From Candidatus Shapirobacteria bacterium (lineage in GTDB: Bacteria > Patescibacteriota > Microgenomatia > UBA12405), in assembly GCA_041661765.1 (NCBI GenBank), contig JBAZTV010000001.1, positions 71,755 through 135,754 on the forward strand: a stretch of DNA of 64,000 bases, given 5' to 3'. Positions 1 to 8,685 of this stretch are shown here, piece after piece. Position 1 is the stretch's first letter. Each line of letters begins with the position of its first letter. The notes under the pieces were generated by a model. The model saw nothing but the letters and a program-made list of their open reading frames with translations, searched no databases and was not told where the DNA came from. A program made the position numbers and the translations under genes.

Positions 1-825
1 TGTCGCCGGACTATAACCAATCGCTACAAACAACCCATCCAATGGCAATATTCTTTCTTCATTGGCCTTATTATTCAAAACACTAACCGACTCTAATTTT
101 TCCTGGTTTTGCCCTTCTTTTTCAAGGGAGGGTGCCCACGCCACTGCGGGGATGGGCGGGTTTATATCCTTTACTTCTGAATTCCATAAAATCTCTATTT
201 TTTCATTTTCCAATACCTTTTTTTGTTCCGCCGCACTAGCTCTAAATTCTTCTTTTCTAACAATCATAAAAACTTTTTTAGTAAATTTCGCCAAAAATAC
301 AGCATCTTCACAAGCTGTATCTCCACCTCCCACCACTGCCACTGTTTTATCTCTAAAAAACATTCCATCACAAGTAGCACAACTACTTATTCCATATCCA
401 ATTAATTCTTTCTCTTTTGGCAGACCTAACCATTTTACTCCCGCTCCGGTAGCCACAATCACAGTTTTGCTTTGTAAAACCTCTCCACTTTCCAACTCTA
501 AAAAAAAGTCGCCCCTATCAAGGGGAGATGTCGATTCATCGACAGAGGGGTTTGTTCTTTGAATTTGACGAACAATTCCAGATTTAATCTCTACCCCCAA
601 TTTTTTTACCTGAGTTTGAGTATCCATCATCAATTTAAAACCACCAACTCCATCTGGAAATCCCGGATAATTTTCTACCATTGGAGTGATTGTCAATTGA
701 CCCCCCGGTTGATTTCCAGCAATCACAATCGTTTTAATATCCGCTCTCGCATGATAAATTGCTGCTGTTAACCCGGCTGGTCCTGAACCGATAACTACAC
801 AATCATATTTTATATTTTCATTCAT
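1..825 (-). CDS. trxB: Thioredoxin reductase (3' end runs off the window)
   Basis: Manual minus-strand translation: YDCVVIGSGPAGLTAAIY, GGQLT..VENYPGF, VIVATGA, SSCATCDG (CxxC), VAVVGGGDTA, GLFVAIG. Alternative in-frame starts at 831 and 834. Carries two in-frame repeat insertions. Confidence 0.95.
   Translation of the reverse strand, partial: MNENIKYDCVVIGSGPAGLTAAIYHARADIKTIVIAGNQPGGQLTITPMVENYPGFPDGVGGFKLMMDTQTQVKKLGVEIKSGIVRQIQRTNPSVDESTSPLDRGDFFLELESGEVLQSKTVIVATGAGVKWLGLPKEKELIGYGISSCATCDGMFFRDKTVAVVGGGDTACEDAVFLAKFTKKVFMIVRKEEFRASAAEQKKVLENEKIEILWNSEVKDINPPIPAVAWAPSLEKEGQNQEKLESVSVLNNKANEERILPLDGLFVAIGYSPAT
112..163 (+). repeat. Dispersed palindromic repeat, in frame inside trxB
   Basis: cccttctttttcaagggagggtgcccac...gatgggcgggttt; reads NPPIPAVAWAPSLEKEG in TrxB. 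Confidence 0.85.
509..553 (+). repeat. Dispersed palindromic repeat, in frame inside trxB
   Basis: tcgcccctatcaaggggagatgtcgattcatcgacagaggggttt; reads NPSVDESTSPLDRGD in TrxB. Confidence 0.85.
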
Positions 826-883
826 ACCCATCATTCTATCAAAAGAGCTTTACTTTTTTAATTTTTTAATTAATACTTAAATA

Positions 884-1804
884 ATGTCCAAGAAAACTCA
901 CCAAGTTGTAAAATTAATTTTTGATCTCATTCAAAATAAACACAATTTTATTTTTTGGGTAGGAATTCGTTTTCTTTCTACTTTCTTACCCTTAGTCACT
1001 ATTTATTTGTTTTCAAAAACCATTAATTTGGTTGAAATTAAATCAGATTTTTCCGCCATCTTTTTTTCCATTCTAATTATTTTTACTGTCAGAATTTTTG
1101 ATAACTTTGTTCGCATTAAATCTGTAACCAAATTAGATGAGTGTATTAGTGATATTAATTTTGATATTCATAACTATTTTATTAAAGATATTAAAAACGA
1201 AACCAAATTAGAAAGACATGAAAGCATTCAAACCATTCGTAATTTTGCCGATGCTACTGCTTGGACTTTAAGGCTTTTTCGCCAACCAGGAATTGATAGT
1301 TTTGTTTCCCTATTTACCATTCCTTTTATTATCCTTTTTGTAGATTTTAAAGTTTTTATTTTAGAAATTGTCTATATTACCGTCTATTATTTCATCGACC
1401 ACTACACCACTCAACGCTACATTAATTTTAAAGATATCCAAAATACTAAAATTGAAAGTTATTATGCCAAACTTCATGAAACTAACGATGTTGATCTTGA
1501 ACAAAAAACTTTTAGTCGTAATTTTGCTCGCCTTTGTAATTGGTGTTTCACTGAATGGTTCACTCTCCAAAACACCGCCGTTTTCTTTTACACTCTAATC
1601 TTTGCTTATTTAATAATTTCTGTTTCCAGTGGTACAAAATTAATTTCAGATTTAGTTTTAATTATGAGCTATATCGCCTCAACTCAAGTTTATTTAAATT
1701 CCTTTTCTGAAATTAAAGATAGTCTCGCTGATATGTCTGTTTCGGTTGACCACATTGCTAAAAATAAATCCATCACCGCCATCGACTTCGACGATTTAGT
1801 ATAA
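884..1804 (+). CDS. Membrane protein resembling an ABC exporter transmembrane domain, without ATPase
   Basis: About 6 hydrophobic helices spaced like an ABC exporter TMD; no Walker A motif. Confidence 0.55.
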   Translation: MSKKTHQVVKLIFDLIQNKHNFIFWVGIRFLSTFLPLVTIYLFSKTINLVEIKSDFSAIFFSILIIFTVRIFDNFVRIKSVTKLDECISDINFDIHNYFIKDIKNETKLERHESIQTIRNFADATAWTLRLFRQPGIDSFVSLFTIPFIILFVDFKVFILEIVYITVYYFIDHYTTQRYINFKDIQNTKIESYYAKLHETNDVDLEQKTFSRNFARLCNWCFTEWFTLQNTAVFFYTLIFAYLIISVSSGTKLISDLVLIMSYIASTQVYLNSFSEIKDSLADMSVSVDHIAKNKSITAIDFDDLV

Positions 1805-1810
1805 TAAATT

Positions 1811-2686
1811 ATGCCAGAACTTCCCGAAGTTGAAGTTGTCCGTCTTTTTCTCAACCAACATCTAATTAATAAAACCATTTCTAATTTAGAAATTCTTACT
1901 CCAAAATCTTTTATTGGCGATCCCAAATTAGTTCAAGGCCAAAAAATAATTAAAACTTCTCGCATTGGCAAACAACTTTCTCTTCACTTAGAAAATAATT
2001 TAATTCTTCTTTTTCATCTCAAAATGACCGGCCAATTGATTTTTTATCCTCCCTTGTCAAGGGGAGGTCCCGAAAGGGGAGGGGTTTCGCTTGGTCATCC
2101 CACTCCCAAAGAAGATAAATCAATCTTACCCAACAAATCAACTCGTCTCGTTTTCACTTTTTCTAATGGTTCGAAATTATTTTTTAACGATCAGCGCAAA
2201 TTTGGCTGGGTCAAGCTTTTTAATCAGGATGAACTTGCCGAAGCCCAAAAAAATCTCGGTCTCGACATTTTAAGCCCAAACTTCACTCCTGAATATTTTT
2301 ACCAGCAAATCCAAAATACTTCCCGTCCAATCAAAATAGTTTTACTCGACCAAACCAAATTTGCTGGCATTGGTAATATTTATGCCAACGATTCTCTTTT
2401 TTTGACTAAAATTAATCCACAAACACCCTCAAATAAAATTAACTTTAAAAAAGCTTCACTTCTACACCATTTTCTAATTCAAATTATGACTGAGTCAATT
2501 AAAGCTGGTGGCTCCACTGCCAAAGATAATAAATACATCCACCCCGACGGTTCCAGTGGTCAGCACCAATTTAATTTTCAAGTTTACCAACGAGCCGGCG
2601 AACCTTGTTTAGTTTGTCAAACCCCAATTAAGCGAATCACTCTCGGTGGTCGTGGTACCTTCTATTGCCCCAATTGTCAGAGATAA
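1811..2686 (+). CDS. mutM: Formamidopyrimidine-DNA glycosylase
   Basis: N-terminal MPELPEVE, HLKMTG, GIGNIYA, C-terminal zinc finger CLVC...CPNCQ. Confidence 0.97.
   Translation: MPELPEVEVVRLFLNQHLINKTISNLEILTPKSFIGDPKLVQGQKIIKTSRIGKQLSLHLENNLILLFHLKMTGQLIFYPPLSRGGPERGGVSLGHPTPKEDKSILPNKSTRLVFTFSNGSKLFFNDQRKFGWVKLFNQDELAEAQKNLGLDILSPNFTPEYFYQQIQNTSRPIKIVLLDQTKFAGIGNIYANDSLFLTKINPQTPSNKINFKKASLLHHFLIQIMTESIKAGGSTAKDNKYIHPDGSSGQHQFNFQVYQRAGEPCLVCQTPIKRITLGGRGTFYCPNCQR
2048..2087 (+). repeat. Dispersed palindromic repeat, in frame inside mutM
   Basis: cctcccttgtcaaggggaggtcccgaaaggggaggggttt; reads PPLSRGGPERGGV. Confidence 0.85.
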
Positions 2687-2748
2687 TTTCATTTTTATTT
2701 TTATTAAAAAAAACGATCCATTTTTAACAGATTACAAATCCTATAATA

Positions 2749-2776
2749 TTGACAAATAAACATTTTTTGTTAAAAT
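2749..2776 (+). promoter_or_regulatory. Putative sigma70 promoter
   Basis: TTGACA-N16-TAAAAT upstream of the methyltransferase gene. Confidence 0.45.
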
Positions 2777-2926
2777 CTCCCCATTAATTCAATTTCTCTA
2801 ATTAATACAAGCATTAATTAACAAGATTTGTTTAATAGTGTACTTTAAAATTTGTGTGACCTTCTATAAAAATCCAAGAGTTTTTAACTCTTTTATATAA
2901 AAAAACAATTCAATATTAAGAAAGGT

Positions 2927-3664
2927 GTGATTTTGTTGAACGGCAAAAAACCTATATACAAACCTTCTTTTTTTAAGCGATGGGAAAAAACTTGTTTTCA
3001 ATCATCTGAGATTATTATTCCGATTGTGTTAAAAATTCTCGGAAATATATCTTCGGTGGTAGACATGGGGTGTGGAACAGGGCCTTGGCTTTCAGTCTTT
3101 AATAGTTACGGAATAACTGATTTCACAGGTATTGACGGTGACTATGTTAATGAAGATGCGTTAGTTATTACTAAAGAACATTTCAAAGCATATGATCTTA
3201 ATAAACCTCTTGATCTTAGAAGAACTTTTGACTTAGTAGTTTCTTTGGAAGTTGCAGAACATCTCTATCCGCAAAACAGTGAGACTTTTGTAAAAACTTT
3301 AATAAAACATGGGTCAATTATTCTCTTTTCTGCTGCTATACCTTTTCAAGGTGGAACCCATCATTTTAATGAACAATATCAGGATTATTGGTCTGAGATT
3401 TTTAAAAAAAACGGTTACTTTGCAATTGATTGCATTAGACCAAAAATTTGGGACAATAAATCTGTTTACTGGTGGTACAGACAAAATATTATCCTATATA
3501 TTAAAAAGGAAACTATCGAAAATAACGATACATTAAAAGAACTTTACAAGGAGACAAATTCCTTATTAAATCGTGTTCATCCACAAAATTATTTAACTAG
3601 GATTTGTCAAACAATCAAATTTTCACCAGTTCTGGAGTTTGTAAAATTTTTTATCAGCAGATAG
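2927..3664 (+). CDS. Class I SAM-dependent methyltransferase
   Basis: VVDMGCGTG motif I, FDLVVSLEVAEHL, FSAAIPFQGG. Confidence 0.85.
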   Translation: MILLNGKKPIYKPSFFKRWEKTCFQSSEIIIPIVLKILGNISSVVDMGCGTGPWLSVFNSYGITDFTGIDGDYVNEDALVITKEHFKAYDLNKPLDLRRTFDLVVSLEVAEHLYPQNSETFVKTLIKHGSIILFSAAIPFQGGTHHFNEQYQDYWSEIFKKNGYFAIDCIRPKIWDNKSVYWWYRQNIILYIKKETIENNDTLKELYKETNSLLNRVHPQNYLTRICQTIKFSPVLEFVKFFISR

Positions 3665-3689
3665 AAATAGAAGATCAACAAATTAAACT

Positions 3690-3728
3690 AAGCCGTAGGG
3701 TTAACTTTTAACACCTTACGGCTTTTTC
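3690..3728 (+). terminator. Rho-independent terminator
   Basis: agccgtaggg...ccttacggct stem followed by a T run after the methyltransferase. Confidence 0.65.
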
Positions 3729-3751
3729 TTGTTATTTTTTTATTTTAATTC

Positions 3752-3790
3752 TTGACAACCTTTCTATATCGGACTAAAATAGTCCAGTAT
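3752..3790 (+). promoter_or_regulatory. sigma70 promoter overlapped by an IscR-type operator
   Basis: TTGACA(3752)-N17-TAAAAT(3775); 3766-3790 ATATCGGACTAAAATAGTCCAGTAT has the GACT-N5-AGTC core of type-1 IscR sites. Confidence 0.75.
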
Positions 3791-5318
3791 GAATTTATCA
3801 ACTAAATCTCGCTATGGACTTCGCGCTCTGACCAATCTTCTTGATCAAGACTGTTGTTGTTCCATCAAACAGATTTCCAAAAAAGAACATATTTCTTCCG
3901 ATTATTTAGAAAAAATTTTTGCCAAATTAAAAAAAGCCGGTCTCTTGAAAGTTGAAAGGGGAGCTTGTGGTGGCTACTCTCTCAGTCGTGACCCCAAAAA
4001 AATTACCCTAGGCGAAGTCATTAATGCTCTCGAAAAACCAGAATTCATTTGTCCTGATTTTTGTGATTGTCAAAGCAAATCAGTTTGGCAAAAAATTCAA
4101 TCTGGATTCAGTCATGTTTTAAATTCTATTACTCTCGATCAATTAGCTGTTTCCAAAAATAAATCAGTTTATCTTGACTATGCCGCTTCCACTCCTGTCG
4201 ACCCCGAAGTTTTAAATACCATGCTTCCTTATTTTGATTTTTCTTTTTGTGGCAACACCATGTCTCTCCATCAAATGGGAAGTGTCGCTTCCCAAGTTGT
4301 CGAATCTTGTCGTCAATCCTTTGCTAATATTTTAAAAGTTCAGTCATCTGAAATTATTTTTACTGGCTCGGCCACCGAAAGTAATAATACTGTTTTAAAA
4401 GGGATTGCTTTTGCCAACAAAAATAAAGGTAAACACATTATTATTTCTTCAATTGAACATGATTGTGTCTTAAACAGTGCTAAATGGTTAGAAACTCAAG
4501 GTTTTGAAATCAGTCAAATTTCTGTCGATAAATTTGGTCTCTTAAATTTAGATGAGCTTAAAAAAACCATTCGCCCCGACACCATTTTGGTCTCTATTAT
4601 TCATGGCAATAATGAAATAGGCACAATTCAAGATCTCGCCAGCATCGGCCAAATTTGTCATGATCGCGGAGTTTATTTTCACACCGACGCTTCTCAAAGT
4701 TTTACTAAAACCGACATTGATTTATCTAAGTTAAACGTCGATCTCTTAACCGCTTCTTCTCATAAAATTTACGGTCCAAAAGGCGCAGCTCTTCTTTATA
4801 TTAAAACTGGTACCAAAATTACCCCGCTTCTTCATGGTGGCGGTCATGAATTTGGTCTCCGTTCCTCGACTGTTAATCTACCTGCCGTTGTTGGTTTTAC
4901 TAAAGCCGCCGAAATTGCCATTAAAAATTTTGATCAAGAAAATAAAAAGTTATGTGAACTTCGCGATTATTTAATTAAAAATATTTTAAAATCAATTTCC
5001 GATTCTCATCTCAATGGTCACCCCACTAAACGTCTTTCCAATAATATTAATATTTCTTTTACTCGAGTCGAAGGAGAGTCCCTTCTTTTAGAATTAGATT
5101 TTTATGGCATCGCTGTCTCTACTGGTTCCGCTTGCTCTTCGGCCTCTCTGGAACTCAGCCACGTTCTTTTGGCTATTGGTCTTAAACCTGAACAATCACA
5201 TGGTTCCCTACGTTTTAGTCTTGGTCGTTTTACCACTAAATCCGAAGTGGATTACCTGTTAAAAGTTTTACCTCAAGTTGTTAATAAATTTAGGCAAATT
5301 TCGCCATTTAAATCATAA
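3789..5318 (+). CDS. iscS: Rrf2/IscR-family regulator fused to cysteine desulfurase (IscS/NifS)
   Basis: N-terminal STKSRYGLRAL...YLEKIF...RGACGGY...ICPDFCDC; C-terminal VYLDYAASTP, FHTDASQ, SSHKIYGPKG (PLP Lys), STGSAC. Confidence 0.93.
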   Translation: MNLSTKSRYGLRALTNLLDQDCCCSIKQISKKEHISSDYLEKIFAKLKKAGLLKVERGACGGYSLSRDPKKITLGEVINALEKPEFICPDFCDCQSKSVWQKIQSGFSHVLNSITLDQLAVSKNKSVYLDYAASTPVDPEVLNTMLPYFDFSFCGNTMSLHQMGSVASQVVESCRQSFANILKVQSSEIIFTGSATESNNTVLKGIAFANKNKGKHIIISSIEHDCVLNSAKWLETQGFEISQISVDKFGLLNLDELKKTIRPDTILVSIIHGNNEIGTIQDLASIGQICHDRGVYFHTDASQSFTKTDIDLSKLNVDLLTASSHKIYGPKGAALLYIKTGTKITPLLHGGGHEFGLRSSTVNLPAVVGFTKAAEIAIKNFDQENKKLCELRDYLIKNILKSISDSHLNGHPTKRLSNNINISFTRVEGESLLLELDFYGIAVSTGSACSSASLELSHVLLAIGLKPEQSHGSLRFSLGRFTTKSEVDYLLKVLPQVVNKFRQISPFKS

Positions 5319-5320
5319 TT

Positions 5321-5773
5321 ATGTATACCCAAAAAGTTCTCGAACACTTCAGAAATCCTCACAATTTTGGTTCCATGGAAAACCCCACCGCTGTCGGTCA
5401 AGTTGGAAATCTTGCCTGTGGTGATGTCATGAAACTTTATTTAAAAATCGATAAAAACAAAAAAGGGGAAGATTACATTCAAGACATTAAATTTGAAACT
5501 CTTGGTTGTGCTGCTGCCATTGCCACCAGCAGTATTGTCACCGATTTAGCCAAAAATAAAACTTTAACCGAAGCCTTAAAGATAAAAAACGAAGATATTA
5601 TTAAAGCTCTCGACGATTTACCTGCCGTCAAAATTCATTGTTCTTTATTAGCCGCTGATGCTTTAGACGAAGCAATTTATGAGTTTTATCAAAAAACCAA
5701 TCAACCCATCTCTCCTGAGTTAGAAAAGCTTCATCACCGCATCACCGTTTGTCAAACTCGTTTAAACCATTAA
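5321..5773 (+). CDS. iscU: Fe-S cluster scaffold IscU/NifU
   Basis: HFRNPHN, NLACGD, GCAAAIATSS, KIHCS. Confidence 0.95.
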   Translation: MYTQKVLEHFRNPHNFGSMENPTAVGQVGNLACGDVMKLYLKIDKNKKGEDYIQDIKFETLGCAAAIATSSIVTDLAKNKTLTEALKIKNEDIIKALDDLPAVKIHCSLLAADALDEAIYEFYQKTNQPISPELEKLHHRITVCQTRLNH

Positions 5774-5791
5774 ATATTGATAAAATAAATT

Positions 5792-6250
5792 ATGTTTTTA
5801 GTCAAAACCGTTTATGCTCAATGTCCTGTCTGCATCGTCACTGTTGGTGGGGGAATGTTTTTAGCCCAAAAACTAGGCGTCGATGATTTTTTGGTTTCTC
5901 TTTGGATTTCTGGACTCAATACTGCCATTTCTTTTTGGTTGGCCCCCAAAATTAAAAATCGAATTTTAGGTAGCCCAATTATTTTTTCTTTATTAATGTT
6001 TGGTTTTACTCTTTTTTATTTTATTTCTACTGGTCAAACAGGTTATTCTACTAATAAGATTCTTGGTTTAGATAAAATTATTTTTGGCCAAAGCTTAGGT
6101 CTTTTAATTATGTTTTTGGGTATTTTTATTGATCGTCATTCCCGTAAATTAAATGGTGGTAAAATTCTTTTTCCTTACCAAAAAGTCGTCTTTCCTGTCG
6201 GCACTTTAATCATTTTTACTTTACTTTTTAAATTATTATTTAAATTATAA
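5792..6250 (+). CDS. Membrane protein with N-terminal CxxC
   Basis: AQCPVC followed by about 4-5 TM helices; follows iscU closely. Confidence 0.75.
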   Translation: MFLVKTVYAQCPVCIVTVGGGMFLAQKLGVDDFLVSLWISGLNTAISFWLAPKIKNRILGSPIIFSLLMFGFTLFYFISTGQTGYSTNKILGLDKIIFGQSLGLLIMFLGIFIDRHSRKLNGGKILFPYQKVVFPVGTLIIFTLLFKLLFKL

Positions 6251-6256
6251 ATTAAA

Positions 6257-6306
6257 CTCTCTTTTTTTTAAAGGGAGATACCCCGCTTCGCGGGACGGAG
6301 GGTTTT
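6257..6306 (+). repeat. Dispersed palindromic repeat, intergenic and degenerate
   Basis: ctctcttt...aaagggagataccccgcttcgcgggacggagggtttt. Confidence 0.7.
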
Positions 6307-6852
6307 ATGAACAACAAAGAAATCGAAAAATTCATTAATAAAACTAAAGAATTAGAAAAAGGTCATCAATTAGATCTTTCTTCTGGAGAAGATTTATCAA
6401 TTGCCATCATGAATCTTATCGGTATTGAAGAACACATGTTTTTTACTTCCCAAAAATTGGACGACATTAAATATCTCAATATTCTAAATTCAGCCAGGGA
6501 AATGAGAAAAGAATTAATGAAAAAAATCGTCAAAGAAGGTCATGGTGAAGTTTGGTGTACTAGTAAACATCTTTTATCTGCCTCCATGCGTCTCATGGAA
6601 GTTGGCACAAAAAGTTTAACCAAAGGTGACCAAAAAGAAGCCAATGATTATTTCAAAAAATCTTTTGATTTATATAATCTTTTTTGGGGTTTAAATTTAG
6701 GTTTAATAGATTCCTCTATGGAAACACACCATGGCGCGTCTCTACTTCCTAAAAAAAACATACCTGTCAAAGAAAAACCCATTCCTCAAAAAAGCCTAAT
6801 GGGAACTATTAGCCAAACTATCGGTAAGATTCTTGATTGTTGTCGTGAATAA
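6307..6852 (+). CDS. Hypothetical helical protein ending in CCRE
   Basis: 181 aa; IEEH and WCxxKH motifs, C-terminal CC. Confidence 0.75.
   Translation: MNNKEIEKFINKTKELEKGHQLDLSSGEDLSIAIMNLIGIEEHMFFTSQKLDDIKYLNILNSAREMRKELMKKIVKEGHGEVWCTSKHLLSASMRLMEVGTKSLTKGDQKEANDYFKKSFDLYNLFWGLNLGLIDSSMETHHGASLLPKKNIPVKEKPIPQKSLMGTISQTIGKILDCCRE
6718..6745. repeat. Degenerate GTAG-type REP palindrome inside a CDS
   Basis: atggaaacacaccatggcgcgtctctac matches the perfect palindrome GTAGAGACGCGCCATGGCGCGTCTCTAC at 23/28 positions; all mismatches are transitions in the left arm. Confidence 0.6.
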
Positions 6853-7251
6853 CTAATCTCTAAAGATCAATAATATTCCCACAAAAACAAAAGTAATTGG
6901 CCAAAACATATCCCAGTCAATCATTTTTGGAAATATTTGATTCCATAAAGCTGTTAATCCTACTAAGATTAATACTACGCCTAGAATATTAATTCTCTTT
7001 CCTTTTATTTTTTTATCCTGCCTTGCAGAAATTTCTTTTGTCATTGATTTCTCTTTTTCCTTTTCAGTTTCTTTTGGAATCACTAACCATAAAATTAAAT
7101 AAATCAAAAGTCCACTTCCACCACCAATTGCCAATAAAATAAAAATAATTCTAACCAATGATCCGTCAATTTGAAAATACTCAGCCAATCCACCGCAAAC
7201 ACCAGCAATTATATTATTATCGACTGATCTAAATAATTTTTTTGTCTCCAT
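6853..7251 (-). CDS. PspC domain membrane protein
   Basis: KKLFRS...IAGVCGGLAEYF.ID..LVR...YLILWLVIP. Confidence 0.92.
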   Translation of the reverse strand: METKKLFRSVDNNIIAGVCGGLAEYFQIDGSLVRIIFILLAIGGGSGLLIYLILWLVIPKETEKEKEKSMTKEISARQDKKIKGKRINILGVVLILVGLTALWNQIFPKMIDWDMFWPITFVFVGILLIFRD

Positions 7252-7253
7252 TA

Positions 7254-7907
7254 TTAGATTCTAGCAATTTCTCTAATCTTTTCAATATTCTTAATCACCA
7301 TCGTTCTTTTTTTATTATAAAGATATCCTTGTTTTTGAAATTTCAAAATTTGTAAAGTTACAGTTTCTCGAGTCAATCCAGCCATACTAGCCAAAACCCG
7401 GTGTGGAGTATTGAATTTAATTACAATTTCATTACCTTTTTTTTCACCCACATCTTTAGCAATCAAGCAGATCAATCCCGCCACTTTACTTTCTGCATCT
7501 CCTGCCACAATTTGTCGCCAACTAATAGATAAATCAAGTAGTTCATCTATTAATTTTTTATTAACCTCACGTAATATGTTTTCGTCTTTCTCAATAAATT
7601 TTACAAACTCATTCATTGGCACTGCCCAAAGTTCCACCGCTGTTATTGCCTCGACAAAATATCTATTTGGTTTTTTATGAAGCCCATTTATTCCAGCACA
7701 AAAAAACAATGGTCTTAAATTCGGAAGACTTGTTTCCTTCTCACCATTAACCACATAAGCTCTTAAAAACCCGCTTTTTTCTATATAAGCCGTATTTAAA
7801 TTCTCTCCCGATCTAAACAAAACTTGTCCCTTTTTATATTTAATTACATCAAACTGGCTAAAAAATGACTCTAACTGTTTCCTAATTTTATCGTTCATAA
7901 AGTACAA
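7254..7907 (-). CDS. Crp/Fnr-family transcriptional regulator
   Basis: cNMP-like N-terminal domain; HTH LASMAGLTRETVT. Confidence 0.9.
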   Translation of the reverse strand: MYFMNDKIRKQLESFFSQFDVIKYKKGQVLFRSGENLNTAYIEKSGFLRAYVVNGEKETSLPNLRPLFFCAGINGLHKKPNRYFVEAITAVELWAVPMNEFVKFIEKDENILREVNKKLIDELLDLSISWRQIVAGDAESKVAGLICLIAKDVGEKKGNEIVIKFNTPHRVLASMAGLTRETVTLQILKFQKQGYLYNKKRTMVIKNIEKIREIARI

Positions 7908-8037
7908 AACTATTAATTATTAAAAAATTATTAAATTTTTATTAAAAGATAATAAAATTTATTATATCACTAAGTTTTTCTAATATTTCTTACTAATTTT
8001 TAATAATTTTTTAATAATTAAGTTATAATATGAGCCT

Positions 8038-8652
8038 GTGGTTAAAAAAATGGAATTTCTTAATCCAAATTTGGATTTAAATATACCTCTAAAGTCAGAT
8101 AGTGTTACCCCAATTCTTGAGGCTGCTAATCAATTAAAGGAAAAAATAGATCAAGCCGAAAAAAGAGCTAAGAAAGCAGAAGAAGAAAATGTTGTAGATT
8201 CTTTAACTGGTTGTTATAATCGAAATTTTTTTGAAAAATTTAAACAAGAAAACTTTGATCCCAATCGTGATAATAATAAAATTGGTTTAGTTTTTGTTGA
8301 TGTTAATAATTTAAAAACTGTTAACGATAATCAAGGCCATGAAGCTGGTGATAATTTAATTAAAAATACTGCTAATTTTTTGAAATCAAATTCCAGAAAA
8401 GAGGATTTAGTTGTTCGTATTGGCGGCGATGAATTTATAATTATTTGTCGTAACCATGATAACACTCCTAATTTTGAAGAAAAAATCCTCAATAGAATAA
8501 AAGAGAGATTAATTGACAATCCAAACAAAGATCTTGCTTTTGGTGTTGCTGTTTACAATAAAGAACAAGATTTTTCTAACCTAGATAAAACTAAAGATCG
8601 TGCCGACACTCACATGTATCAAAACAAAAGAGATATGAAGGCTGAAATGTAA
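8038..8652 (+). CDS. Diguanylate cyclase (GGDEF); ATG at 8050 is a likely start
   Basis: DSLTGCYNR, DVNNLK.VND..GH..GD, RKED (I-site), RIGGDEF. Confidence 0.93.
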   Translation: MVKKMEFLNPNLDLNIPLKSDSVTPILEAANQLKEKIDQAEKRAKKAEEENVVDSLTGCYNRNFFEKFKQENFDPNRDNNKIGLVFVDVNNLKTVNDNQGHEAGDNLIKNTANFLKSNSRKEDLVVRIGGDEFIIICRNHDNTPNFEEKILNRIKERLIDNPNKDLAFGVAVYNKEQDFSNLDKTKDRADTHMYQNKRDMKAEM

Positions 8653-8685
8653 CTTTTCACTAACACTTGAGTTTATAATACTATT

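Noticed and set aside
62-771. Plus-strand ORFs 62-562, 223-405 and 559-771
   Set aside because: Antisense shadows of trxB, which is on the minus strand and runs off the window.
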